From Antedon mediterranea (taxonomy: Eukaryota > Animalia > Echinodermata), in contig NC_092671.1 in assembly GCF_964355755.1 (NCBI RefSeq), positions 37,954,304 through 38,018,303 of the forward strand: a stretch of 64,000 bases of DNA, given 5' to 3'. The translations under genes were made by a program, and so were the position numbers. Position 1 is the stretch's first letter. Every line of letters starts with the position of its first letter. The notes under the pieces were generated by a model. It searched no databases, had not been told where the DNA came from, and saw only the letters and a program-made list of their open reading frames with translations. Shown here piece by piece: positions 13,501-25,969 of the stretch.

Positions 13501-15653
13501 GGACACAAGAAGCTGACCTCGCCTTTAATGCATTGAAGAAATTGTTGATTGCTGCACCAGTTCTGAATTATCCAAATTTTGAAGGAGATTTTATTCTTGA
13601 AGTTGACGCATCATTGAAAGGCCTAGGTGCTTGTTTGAGTCAGAAAAATGAAGATGGAGAAGTTCATCCTGTTGCATTTGCCAGCAGAGGATTGCGTAAT
13701 GCAGAACGTAACTATCCAGATTATTCCAGTTTTAAACTTGAGTTATTAGGCCTTAAGTGGGCTGTCGCGGACAAATTTGGAGACTATTTGATTGGAAGAC
13801 ATACCGTAGTTTATACAGATCATAATCCGTTAGCATATTTAGCTACAGCCAAACTAGGTGCCACTGAGCACAGGTGGGTCGCCCAACTTTCAGCATTTGA
13901 TTTGGAAATAAGGTATCGCCCTGGAAGCACCAATAGATGTGCTGATGCGCTTAGCAGATGTCCTTCAAATATGGATATGGCGGCCGTGAGATCAGTTTGT
14001 GAAGAAGAAATCAAGTGTAGTGTGTTACCTGTGGAATTGGTTGATGGAGAGGCGGATAGAGATACAAATTGGTTAGAGACACGTCAACCGTTGCACCCCC
14101 ATGTTTTTCCTTCATTCAGTTTAGACGAATTGCAGAGATTACAGCAGGCAGACCCTGAATTGGGAGATGTTTGGAAGTGTTGGAAGAGTCACTAGAAGCC
14201 TGGTGAAGACCTAGACATTGAGGTTCGAGCCACAGTTAAATCCTGGGTGAGAGAGTGGTCACATTTTGTTGAGGTGAATGGATTACTATTTCGTGAAGTG
14301 GAGCGGCAAGGAGGGTCAACCCGACAACTATTAATACCAAGAAGGTTGAAGAAAACCATATTAGAATCTGTACATGATCGTTGGGGCCATCAGGGTAATG
14401 ACAGGACCCTAAGTCTACTTAGAACAAGATGTTTTTGGCCAGGTATGAGTCAAGAGGTACGGGAGTATATAGGGAAGTGTTTTAATTGTCGAGTTGCAAA
14501 ACCGCCAAAACCCAGTTTGAAGACCCCTATGCGGCACCTTCTTTCTTTTAGACCACTTGAGGTGTTAGCAATCGATTTTTTGAAAATGGACAGAGGGAAA
14601 GGTGGCTATGAAGACATTTTAGTAATGACAGACGTCTTTACAAAATATTCCCAGGCAGTTGCTTGTAAGGATCAATCTGCTAGTACAGTAGCGAAAGTAT
14701 TAAGAGATGGATGGTTTTGTCATTATGGTATACCTTTAAGGATTCATTCAGACCAGGGCAGAGACTTTGAGGGTAATTTAATTCGAGAGATGTGTAAGCT
14801 GTATGGTATCCAAAAGACACGAACAACTCCTTATCACCCACAAGGGAATGGACAAGTGGAGAGATTTAATGCAACTCTTTGTATGATGATAAGATCATTA
14901 GAGCCAAATGAGAGAAGACATTGGCCAGAGCTTTTGAGTCATTTGGTATATATCTATAATTCAACACCTCATCGAGCCACCAATGTAGCACCATATAAGC
15001 TTATGTATGGGCGAGAACCTACTATTCCTTTGGATCAACTAATTCACAAAACACATCAAGATTGGGAGAATGATTATGTGCAGCGTCAGGCAGATGCCTT
15101 GCAGAAAGCGGCAGAGATTGCCGAGAGGAAAATCAAAATGACGAGAGAGAGTGATAAACGGTTACATGATGACAGGGTGGTAAAGTCGAAACCGTTTAAA
15201 GTTGGTGAACAGGTATTGCTGAAGCAAACAGCTTTTACTGGGAGACACAAGCTGGTTGACCGTTATCATAGGGAGCCATATAACATAGAGGATGTAAATA
15301 GAGAGGAAGACGTGTACAAAATCCGACCAGCATTAGGTGGTAAAGTAAAGACAGTAAACCGCAAATTGATTATACAGGATCCTCGTGATGAAATATTGGA
15401 AGAGTGGCCAATGCCATTGCGACCAGAGGTAGATGAAGAGAATAAGATGCCATTGCGACCAGAGGTAGATGAAGAAAATGATTGTAATGATTCTTCAGAT
15501 GAGGAAGAAGATTTTCTTCTACAAATTGAGATTCCAGAGATGCCGGATAGAGTGGTGGAACAAGAGATTGATCCAGTGAGGCGCTCAGTACGTGTAAATA
15601 AAGGGACACACAGTAATCCGGGTCAGTGGCCTAGATCTGTTTTCGAGAAGTAA
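10575..15653 (+). CDS. Gypsy gag-pol polyprotein with a single in-frame TAG at 14193-14195
   Basis: Two CCHC knuckles, protease LDTG, RT YLDD, RNase H DAS/ELL/TDH, integrase HHCC and DDE; ORFs 10515-14195 and 14247-15653 are in the same frame. Confidence 0.92.
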
Positions 15654-15752
15654 TGGTGGATTATAGTATTAATTATATTGTAGATTTTTTTTTATATGTT
15701 ATTTTATTTTGTAAATTCACATTCGGGGCGAATGTTCTGAGTCAGGATGGTT

Positions 15753-17197
15753 TGTCGTAGACTGAATTCATTCAAACAAACTAGAACAGTGTAATAATAT
15801 AGTTCATCAAATTAAGTGTTATTTGACGATGTTCAATTTTAGAGCTTGGTTGTTAAATTACGATTTATACATTAATACAATTTTGTTATACTTTACATTA
15901 CAAACTTTGAATGCAATAGTGAGAATTAAGAAAACGATTATAGGAGTAATAATTTTTGATGATGGTTCGGTGTAATGAGGCTGTTACCGCGACTGCGAGA
16001 GGACATGTTTTTGGAGCGCCGATAACTGAGATTGAGGTTAATAACATCCGTTATTTATCTTTATGCATCTGATTGATTAAACCTGTTAAATTTCAAATTT
16101 TAGATTGATATTATTTTGTTCTAAGGTACGTTGGTTACAGTAGATGATAAAAGTAGTTTGCACGATATATTAAGTAACTTTAGGCTAGGCTCGAATGAAT
16201 GTTATTCGCAGCCGAGTTATGTTGGAAATGTTCGCTTTGTGCCAACAGAATCAGCTAGTGTACCTCGCTGTCAAATCAGTCATAGAGTGGTGCAAATTGA
16301 GTTAATAATTACATTGGAGATATTGTTTCTCAGGCTAGTTGTGTGTCAGTGATTGACCTATAAGTAATTATATTATTGAGGGAAGAGTCTAATTATTGGA
16401 TTATGAGTATTTATTATGTTGCGAGGATTATGTTCACGGAACATGAGTTTTATCGATAAAATGGTGGATTTGTAAACTAGTTTTTGACCGATGAGGGCGT
16501 CATGCTGTAGTTGATTAAGATTTATTTTATGATTGGTGGCGCTATAGTTGTAAACAAAGATTCAAGATGGCTGCGCCCATGTGGATCTAGCGTCAGATTT
16601 TAAATGAATATTTTAGAGTTTTGAGCTAGTTATAAGTAGTATAGAAGAGTAATAGATAATTAGGTTGGTTGTTTATACTATTGTGGCTTATATTGATTAT
16701 TGTTTTTAGTGTTTTGCACAAGTGAGATTTGACCACAAAATTGGAGGATTACCGTCATTTTCTTGAGTTGAGGATTTAAGATAGTTTATCTCTAGTTGGG
16801 TAAGTCGGAATGGCCAAGTGCTAGATTGTTGATATCATGTATTTTTATGGGTACTATGCTACTGATTTAGGCCTAGTTAATGATTTTATCAGAAATATTC
16901 TTAATGCGATATAAAGAAATGTTAAGAACTTGTTGTTTGTTTTGAGATATTTATATAGTTGAGATAGATAATGTATTGTCAACTTTTATACTTTTTGTTA
17001 AAGAATTTCTCTAATTGTTTTTTAGGGGTTTTGTTTTTTTGTATTTTCGTTTCATTGCTGTTGTGTTCTTCACCTTGAGTACGGATATTCACAAATAAAG
17101 AATACCAAATTGCAACCAATCTTTTTATTGTATCGTCGTTACTTCTGGTGTGTGCGTCCTGACAAGACATAAATAGAATAGAACCCGAACGACGACA
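15753..17197 (+). repeat. 3' LTR (1445 bp)
   Basis: Copy of the 5' LTR; I saw only two substitutions and a 1-nt indel by eye. Confidence 0.95.
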
Positions 17198-18242
17198 ATA
17201 ATACACCAATGTCACATATAATATTTTTGGTTAAATGCTTAAGCATGTCCATCTTATTTACATGACCACGTATATTCAATTGAAATAATTTTAATCCTTT
17301 ACAACTTATTTTAGGTATTATTCCATTTAACAAATTAATAATATTGCTACCTGATGCTGCGGAGTTGTGAGACATATCAATAGCAACACTAGGATTAAGA
17401 AGAATTTGAGTTAGTTGAATTACCTGACATTCCAGTGTCATAATTATCATTAAAATTACATGTAGCTGTTTTTTTGAGAATTTTCATAATTGATTTCATC
17501 AGCAACTTCATGTTCAATTTCATAATCAGTGGCTACACTTGCTTTGCCAGATTCTCAATATTGTCCAGTTGTACATAATTTAGCTTTGTGTCCGGTTTGA
17601 TCACAGCGCCAGCATAAAACTGGTTTGCCATGCAAACATTTCGTGTGTGTCCTGTTTCTCCACAAAAATGGCAAAAGGTGTTCATTGATCTGTTTGAAGC
17701 ATGTGTTCAGCTTTCTGACAAATTATTTGGACTGCTCTGTTGAGACTCTTGATTAAAGCTTGTAAATTTAGAAGAATCTATTCTACCATAGCTTGATAGA
17801 AACGCTCTTGTGTTGTCTATAAATGCAAGTCCATAGATTGATTGAAGCATTCGGTTTGCCTGAATAACATTGTTATTGATTCTTTCATCATCAAGGCGAG
17901 GACAAATACTTAAAATGTATAAGTTACCAGATACTCGTTCTTTAAGCTTAGACATTAATTGTTCAAAGTCCATCTCCAATTGTCGCAAGTTGAAATCATG
18001 TGCACTGACATCATTTGTTCCACAATATTGGTAAGATTCAAATTTTGTATCGTGTGATCAAGTTGGTTGGTGTTTGATCCTCGTAGTGTTCTTATTGATG
18101 TGTCATAAAGGCCCTTTGTCTTGATGTGTTTCAACATAGAGTCTCCTATGATGAGATTCCTGCTTTTTATTGCAGGTACGTTGTGATGAACATTGTCAGA
18201 ATGCTCAAGGAAAGCTTCATTTTGGGTTACATTACTACATTA
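17198..18242 (-). pseudogene. 5' part of the same LINE: ORF1 remnant (SGNH-esterase-like plus CCHC) and ORF2 start
   Basis: NLIIGDSMLKHI (~18160-18125), CHFCGETGH and CWRCDQTGHKAKLC (~17570-17680), FQLNIRG; reads CDIGV/LCINET across the Gypsy insertion. Confidence 0.8.
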
Positions 18243-18655
18243 CTATAGTAACCACTTTTGACATACATGGTTACTATAGCATAATAAACATGCGCAGAGT
18301 CGACTAAGACTTCTTAAAATTCAGTTATTATGCAATAATATTGGCATATATGCACATATATCGCGTTATCATCATCTTATAGAGTCATAGTAACCAGTTA
18401 TGTGAAAAAATAAAAGGGTCGAAATTTGGTCATTTTTCGAACATTTCCCTGTAGTACAGGGATTTTTTTATAAATGGCAATATCAATGTTTTAAAATTCA
18501 CTTATTATGCAATAATATTGCAATATATGCACATTTATTGCGTTATTATCATCTTATAGTCATAGTAACCAGTTTTGTCAAAAAATAAAAGGGTCGAAAT
18601 TTGGTCATTTCAAAAATTTCCCTGTACTATAGTACAGTATCATCATCTTATAGAG
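18243..18655. repeat. Composite repeat (right half), continuation of 5540-6455
   Basis: Resumes the interrupted unit (CTATAGTAACCACTTTTGACATAC...) and the ~200-bp repeats. Confidence 0.7.
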
Positions 18656-19461
18656 TACCCACTTACTACACACAAATTTAAGAGTGTAAGAATATATCAG
18701 TACCATAAATATAATATACTTTTCTCTCTTTATATATAAATATATATTTAACTAAGTAGAAAGCCAGATCAAGTGCTCAATACCATGGGTAGAGCTTAAT
18801 ACAATAATTATTATTGTACATATAAATAATTTATATATGATGAAAGGAACTTAAAATAAATTTATCCACTAATAAAGAATGTTTGTTTTTTGTTATTAGT
18901 ACATTTCTTTAAAATTTAATTTAACAAAAACAATAATACTGTAATTCTAAATCATTCACTGAAAATGAAGATGCCTACAAAAAAAAAAAAAAAAATTCAC
19001 TGAAGATGCCTACAAAAACACCTAAAAACATGCTTAAAATTGTCTTAAAAATAAGGAAGAAATCATCCTATTCCAGTACAAACAAGTACGTAACGTTCCT
19101 CATCCCCATCCTCATCTTTTAGACTAACATTAATTGTTTTTTTTTTTCAAATTTGCTTTTCAATAATTCGCCTGTATTACAACACTACTTTATAAGTTGA
19201 TATTGAAAATTAAAGGCCAGTAATACAATATTAAATTTAGTAGTAATGTTTACAAAGTACAAGTTTAACAATTGGGTTTGGTATTTATCAAATAAAACAA
19301 ATATACTGAAATAAACTTGATAAGAAAAAAAACAGCAATAATAGAGTAAATAAAACATGTAATTTATAACAATTTAGCTATTTGTCATACAAATAATCTG
19401 ACAAGCATTGTTGTATCTGTGTATTGTGAAATCAATTGTCATACCGGTTTGTTTAACGCCA

Positions 19462-19511
19462 CCAATTTTATTTAGTGACGTCAACAATTTCAGTTACCCG
19501 GATGAGCAACG
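19462..19511 (+). promoter_or_regulatory. Conserved promoter block of Ig gene A1 (CCAAT, CRE, ETS-like)
   Basis: CCAAT-N9-TGACGTCA...GTTACCCGGATGAGCAACG, conserved at 42180-42228 and 49585-49634, each ~40 bp before an ATG|GTAAGT. Confidence 0.6.
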
Positions 19512-19550
19512 TGCCGTTCGTCAGCCATGATGATTGTATGAACAATAAAA

Positions 19551-19553
19551 ATG
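19551..19553 (+). CDS. Ig gene A1 exon 1 (start codon only)
   Basis: AAAATG|GTAAGT conserved in three paralogous blocks; phase 0 matches the acceptor at 27213. Confidence 0.7.
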
Positions 19554-19890
19554 GTAAGTAAAATTGTTATTAATCCTGGTTAATTTAACATTTTATATAC
19601 ATTTGTTACGGTGTAAACTGAATTACCTATTGATAAACAGTCAATCATTGGAATATGATCGGTGATTCTAGGACGAGCATTGCCATTGTTCAGATAAAGT
19701 GTAGGTGTGTGTGGCTATCGCTGTTATAGTTATACAATGACACTTGAATTGTTCACACGCTATCTTTTGTACTAGTTTGACAGGTACCTAAATTATGACA
19801 GAAAAACAAATCAATGGTTGCTATAGGAACCATCAATGCATACTGTAATTTTCTATTGTTGAATTAAAGAATTGGACTATTCCATTATTA

Positions 19891-20970
19891 TTTACCTCCG
19901 CCAAGGAGGTATATGTAATCGGTAGCGTGTTTGTTTGTTACTTGGCCAAATTGAAAATTGGCCAAGTATGTTGATCTGTTTGGTTTGTGTGTGTGTTTGT
20001 TACTTGGCAAAAAAGAATTTTGCCAAGTATAGTATTCACTTTGTTTGTATGTTTGTATGTTTGTATGTTTGTTTGTTTGTTTGTTTGTTAGCACGATAGC
20101 GCCTACAGTTTTCAAGTTATCGTTCTGAATTTTTGGGTGTAGATAGGTATATATTGTCAGACCATGCCTATTGAAAATCAACAAAATTGGTTTATTAATA
20201 ACTTCACAAATAACAAAAATGATATTATTTTCAGACCGGCTAGTGTTAAAAGATAGGAGACAATTTTCAAAAGCCGGGGAGCAGTCTTAAAGTAACAAGT
20301 GTACTGAATTGCATTTTCTCGAGAACTACTTGTCCAAAAAACATCATTTTTGTACAAGAGGCAAGAGTTATAAATTGTGATTTTTAATTTTAAAACAAAA
20401 GTTGATTCAGTGTACCAGCTTTTTTATACGAGTAGTTTAAAAAAACCTATTTCTTTTCAAATTCACCCGTTTGTTTTTGGCGTTGCTGTTCTATTGTTAT
20501 TCAAATTAAACTATTGTAAGTTGATAAGTAGTTTTGTTAGCACCAGCGTGTGTCCTTCCTATTGATTTTCAGGTAAATTGATATATTACTACATGGGTTA
20601 AGGCAGAGGCGCCGCAAATCGGTACAGCTTCAAGACACTCCTCGACATTATTCTGGTCAAACTTGATTTTAGAAAGGTCATTGTTGCAATGCCGGAATTG
20701 TTTGCATTAAAAATTATTTAAACAAATTATTAACCTTATCAGTATTTTAACCATGTAAAGATAATACCTAAAGCAAAAATTGTATCTTTCAACATGCTCC
20801 CAGTCAGTGGATATATTTTGCCAAGTACTTCACTCAGTTTCTGAGTGCTTTCATTTGTTTGTTTGTTACTTGGCCAAATTGAAAATTGGCCAAGTATGTT
20901 GATCTGTTTGGTTTGTGTGTGTTTGTTACTTGGCCAAATTGAAAATTGGCCAAGTATGTTGATTGGTGCG

Positions 20971-21007
<37 letters not shown>

Positions 21008-21956
21008 TTTGTTTGTCATCACTCCAGCGCTCACAGTTTAGATTCGAATGACTCCAAATTACTACCATACATGTCACCTGGTGCAAGGACGACACTGCCC
21101 AATTTTGGTTAAAATCTGGACCACGGTTCCAATTCTGGACCACTTTTAAAAATTATTTTCAGACCTGCTAGTGTTAAAAGATAGGAGACAATTTTCAAAA
21201 GCCGGCGAGCAGTCTTAAAGTAACAAGTGTACTGAATTGCATTTTCTCGAGAACTACTTGTCCAAAAAACATCATTTTTGTACAAGAGGCAAGAGTTATA
21301 AATTGTGATTTTTAATTTTAAAACAAAAGTTGATTCAGTGTACCAGCTTTTTTATACGAGTAGTTTAAAAAAACCTATTTCTTTTCAAATTCACCCGTTT
21401 GTTTTTGGCGTTGCTGTTCTATTGTTATTCAAATTAAACTATTGTAAGTTGATAAGTAGTTTTGTTAGCACCAGCGTGTGTCCTTCCTATTGATTTTCAG
21501 GTAAATTGATATATTACTACATGGGTTAAGGCAGAGGCGCCGCAAATCGGTACAGCTTCAAGACACTCCTCGACCATTATTCTGGTCAAACTTGATTTTA
21601 GAAAGGTCATTGTTGCAATGCCGGAATTGTTTGCATTAAAAATTATTTAAACAAATTATTAACCTTATCAGTATTTTAACCATGTAAAGATAATACCTAA
21701 AGCAAAAATTGTATCTTTCAACATGCTCCCAGTAAGTGGATATATTTTGCCAAGTACTTCACTCGTTTCTGAGTGCTTTCATTTGTTTGTTTGTTACTTG
21801 GCCAAATTGAAAATTGGCCAAGTATGTTGATCTGTTTGGTTTGTGTGTGTTTGTTACTTGGCCAAATTGAAAATTGGCCAAGTATGTTGATCTGTTTGGT
21901 TTGTGTGTTTGTTACTTGGCCAAATTGAAAATTGGCCAAGTATGTTGATTGGTGCG

Positions 21957-22007
<51 letters not shown>

Positions 22008-25000
22008 TGTGTGTTTGTTTGTTTGTCATCACTCTAGCGCCCACAGTTTTGATTCGAATGACTCCAAATTACTACCATACATGTCACCTGGTGCAAGGAC
22101 GACACCGCCCAATTTTGGTTAAAATCCGGACCACGGTTCCAATTCTGGGCCACTTTTAAAAATTATTTTCAGACCTGCTAGTGTTAAAAGATAGGACAGA
22201 AATATCAAAAGCCGGTGAGCAGTCTTAAATTAACAAATAAACTTAAATTGCATTTTCTCGAGAACTACTTATCCAAAAAACTCCATTTTTGTACAAGAGG
22301 CAAGAGTAATAATGTGATTTGTAATTTTAAAACTTAATTAGATTTAATTTACAGGATTTTTGATGCGAGTAGTTTACAAAACCTATTTCTTTTCAAATTC
22401 ACCCGTGTGTTTTTCGCGTTGCTGTTCTATTGTTAGCCGACTGAAGATATTGTTCGTTGAAAGGCTGGTTACATAACCTGTACACCAAACTTGTATACAC
22501 AGGATTGTAGTAAAATTAGCCTAAATCACACATCATTAAGACACACACTTTTGGTGAAAATCGGGTCAAGTGTGTTTAGGAGGCCAATTTTGATTTGGCC
22601 AAGTATCGCGCTATGCGCGAAGGCTAGTTTGTTTGTTTGTTTGTTTGTTTGTCATCACTCTAGCGCTCACAGTTTTGATTCGAATGACTCCAAATTACTA
22701 CCATACATGTCACCTGGTGCAAGGACGACACCACCCAATTTTGGTTAAAATCCGGACCACGGTTCCAATTCTGGGCCACTTTTAAAAATTATTTTCAGAC
22801 CTGCTAGTGTTAAAAGATAGGACAGAAATATCAAAAGCCGGTGAGCAGTCTTAAATTAACAAATAAACTTAAATTGCATTTTCTCGAGAACTACTTATCC
22901 AAAAAACTCCATTTTTGTACAAGAGGCAAGAGTAATAATGTGATTTGTAATTTTAAAATATAATTAGATTTAATATAGAGGTTTTTTGATTTTTGATTTC
23001 TAGTTTGTTTGTTTGTTACTTGGCCAAATTGAAAATTGGCCAAGTATGTTGATTGGTGCGGTTTGTGTGTGTGTGTGTGTGTGTGTGTGGATGTGTGTGT
23101 GTGTGTGTGTGTTTGTTTGTTTGTCATCACTCTAGCGCTCACAATTTTGATTCGAATGACTCCAAATTACTACCATACATGTCACCTGGTGCAAGGACGA
23201 CACTGCCCAATTTTGGTTAAAATCCGGACCACGGTCCTAATTCTGGACCACTTTTAAAAATTATTTTCAGACCTGCTAGTGTTAAAAGAAAGGACAGAAT
23301 TATCAAAGGCCGGTGAGCAGTCTTAAATTAACAAGTAAACTAAAATTGCATTTTCTCGAGAACTACTTCTCCAAAAAACTTCATTTTTGTACAAGAGGCA
23401 AGAGTTATAATTGGTGATTTGTAATTTTACAACATAAATTGATTTAATATACAGGTTTTTTGATGCGAGTAGTTTACAAAACCTATTTCTCTTCAATATC
23501 ACCAGTGTGTTTTTCGCGTTGCTGTTCTATTGTTAGCCGACTGAAGCTATTGTTCGTTGAAAGGCTGGTTACATAACCTGTACACCAAACTCGTATACAC
23601 ATGATTGTAGTGAAATTAGCCTAAATCACACAGCATAAGACACCCACTTTTGGTGAAAATTGGGTCAATGTCAGGAGGCCAATTTTGATTTGGCCAAGTA
23701 TCGCGCTATGCGCGAAGGCTAGTTTGTTTGTTTGTTTGTTTGTTTGTTTGTCATCACTCTAGCGCTCACAGTTTTGATTCGAATGACTCCAAATTACTAC
23801 CATACATGTCACCTGGTGCAAGGACGACACTGCACAATTTTGGTTAAAATCTGGACCACGGTCCCAATTCTGGACCACTTTTAAAAATTATGTTCAGACC
23901 TGCTAGTGTTAAAAGATTGGACAGAATTATCAAAATCCGGTGAGCAGTCTTAAATTAACAAGTAAACTACTAAAATTGCATTTTCTCGAGAACTACTTGT
24001 CCAAAAAACTTCATTTTTGTACAAGAAGCAAGTGTTATAATTTGTGATTTGTAATTTTAAAACATAATTAGATTTAATGTACAGGTTTTTTGATGCGAAT
24101 AGTTTTAAAAACCTATTTTTTTTCAAATTCACCCGTGTGTTTTTCCCGCGTGCTGTTCTATTGTTCGGTTCGGTTTGTGTGTGTGTTTGTCATCGCTCTA
24201 TCGCTCACAATGGTAAATACACATAGGAATCTTTCTTCAAATGTTAGTCAGTTGTGTATGGCTCGGTGGTCTGTGTTGGTGTCTGCAGCATTTAAGTTAC
24301 CGAGATCGAGTCTCACCTTGGGAAATGAAACGAAATCAGATTTTTTTTATTATTCGTATTGTTTGTTCAAGTATATTTCTTAGTATATACATTATACGGC
24401 TGATTTATAATTAAATCTAGAGAAATTATGTCTCTATTTTTATGTTACATGGAGAGGTTTATGACATATACTGAACTTTGATCGGGTTAAAATTGGTCAA
24501 GGTCAAGTGTGTTTAGGAGGCCAATTTTGATTTGGCCAAGTATCGCGCTATGCGCGAAGGCTAGTTCACTCTAGCGCTCACAGTTTTGGTTCGAATGACT
24601 CCAAATTTCTACCATACATGTCACCTGGTGCAAGGACGACACTGCCCAATTTTGGTTAAAATCCAAACCACGGTCCCAATTCTGGACCACTTTTAAAAAT
24701 TACTTTCAGACCTGCTAGTGTTAAAAGAAAGGACAGAATTATCAAAGGCCGGTGAGCAGTCTTAAATTAACAAGTAAACTAAAATTGCATTTTCTCGAGA
24801 ACTACTTCTCCAAAAAACTTCATTTTTGTACAAGAGGCAAGAGTTATAATTGGTGATTTGTAATTTTAAAACATAAATTGATTTAATATACAGGTTTTTT
24901 GATGCGAGTAGTTTACAAAACCTATTTCTCTTTTTTTTTCACCAGTGTGTTTTTCGCGTTGCTGTTCGCTCACAATGGTAAATACACATAGGAATCTTTC

Positions 25001-25969
25001 TTCAAATGTTAGTCAGTTGTGTATGGCTCGGTGGTCTGTGCTGGTGTCTACAGCATTTAAGTTACCGAGATCGAGTCTCACCTTGGGAAATGAAACAAAA
25101 TCAGATTTTTTTTTTATTATTCGTATTGTTTGTTCAAGTATATTTCTTAGTATATAAATTATACGGCTGATTTATAATCAAATCTAGAGAAATTATGTCT
25201 CTATTTTTATGTTACATGGGAGGTTTATGACATATACTTAACTTTGATCGGGTTAAAATCGGTCAAGGTCAAGTGTGTTTAGGAGGCCAATTTTGATTTG
25301 GCCAAGTATCGCGCTACGCGCGAAGGCTAGTTTGTTTGTTTGTTTGTTAGCAGGATTACTCAAAAAGTAATAACAAGATCTTTACCAAAATGAATAGACA
25401 GATAGATATATGGTCAAGGACCATTCCATTAAATTTTGGGACCATTTGGGACCACAGTCCCAATTCTGGACCACTTTTTAGTATACTTTTTTAGACCTGC
25501 TAGTGTTAAAAGATAGGACAGAATTTTTCAAAAGCCGGCGAGCAGTCTTAAAGTAACAAGTAAACTGTAATTGCATTTTCTTGAGAACTACTTGTCCAAA
25601 AAACTTCTTTTTTGAACAAGAGGCAAGAGTTATAATTTGTGATTTGTAATTTTAAAACATAATTTGATTTAATGTGCACGTTTTTTGATGCGAGTAGTTT
25701 AAAAAACCTATTTCTTTTCAAATTCACTCGTTTGATTTTCGCGTTGCTGTTCTATTGTTAGTCAACTGAAGCTATTGTTAATTGAAAGGCTTGTTACATA
25801 ACCATTACACCAAAATCGCATACACATGCTTGTAATGAAATTAGCCTAAATCACAAAGAGCATTAAGACACACACAAATATATATATATATATTTTTTTA
25901 CCGGAGAAATCTTATGTAGGAGAATTTTACAGTAGGCGGAGGTATGCCCTCTCGGAGTGGCTTTCTAGT
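19891..25969 (+). mobile_element. Non-autonomous Helentron (HINE/DINE-1-like) with nested second HINE family, in intron of A1
   Basis: 5' TACCTCCGCCAAGGAGGTA; 3' GGCGGAGGTA, stem-loop, CTAGT; (GTTT)n and (GT)n microsatellites; internal ~0.6-1-kb repeats; empty T-run site in paralog at 42610-42622. Confidence 0.8.

Larger units (their letters stand above)
8933..17197 (+). mobile_element. Full-length Ty3/Gypsy LTR retrotransposon
   Basis: Two near-identical LTRs with TGTCGT...ACGACA termini, 4-bp TSD ATAA (8929-8932, 17198-17201), PBS, gag-PR-RT-RH-IN order. Confidence 0.97.

Noticed and set aside
15654-15752. Env or third ORF in the Gypsy element
   Set aside because: Only ~100 bp separate the pol stop from the 3' LTR
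19462-19511. MHC-like X/X2/Y promoter module in family A
   Set aside because: The RFX-like half-sites GTTACC and AGCAAC are 6 nt apart (too wide) and the orientation is reversed; no MHC fold is visible in the proteins
20377-25157. Repeated small ORFs (MIFNFKTK..., THTHTH...)
   Set aside because: They derive from HINE repeat units and microsatellites
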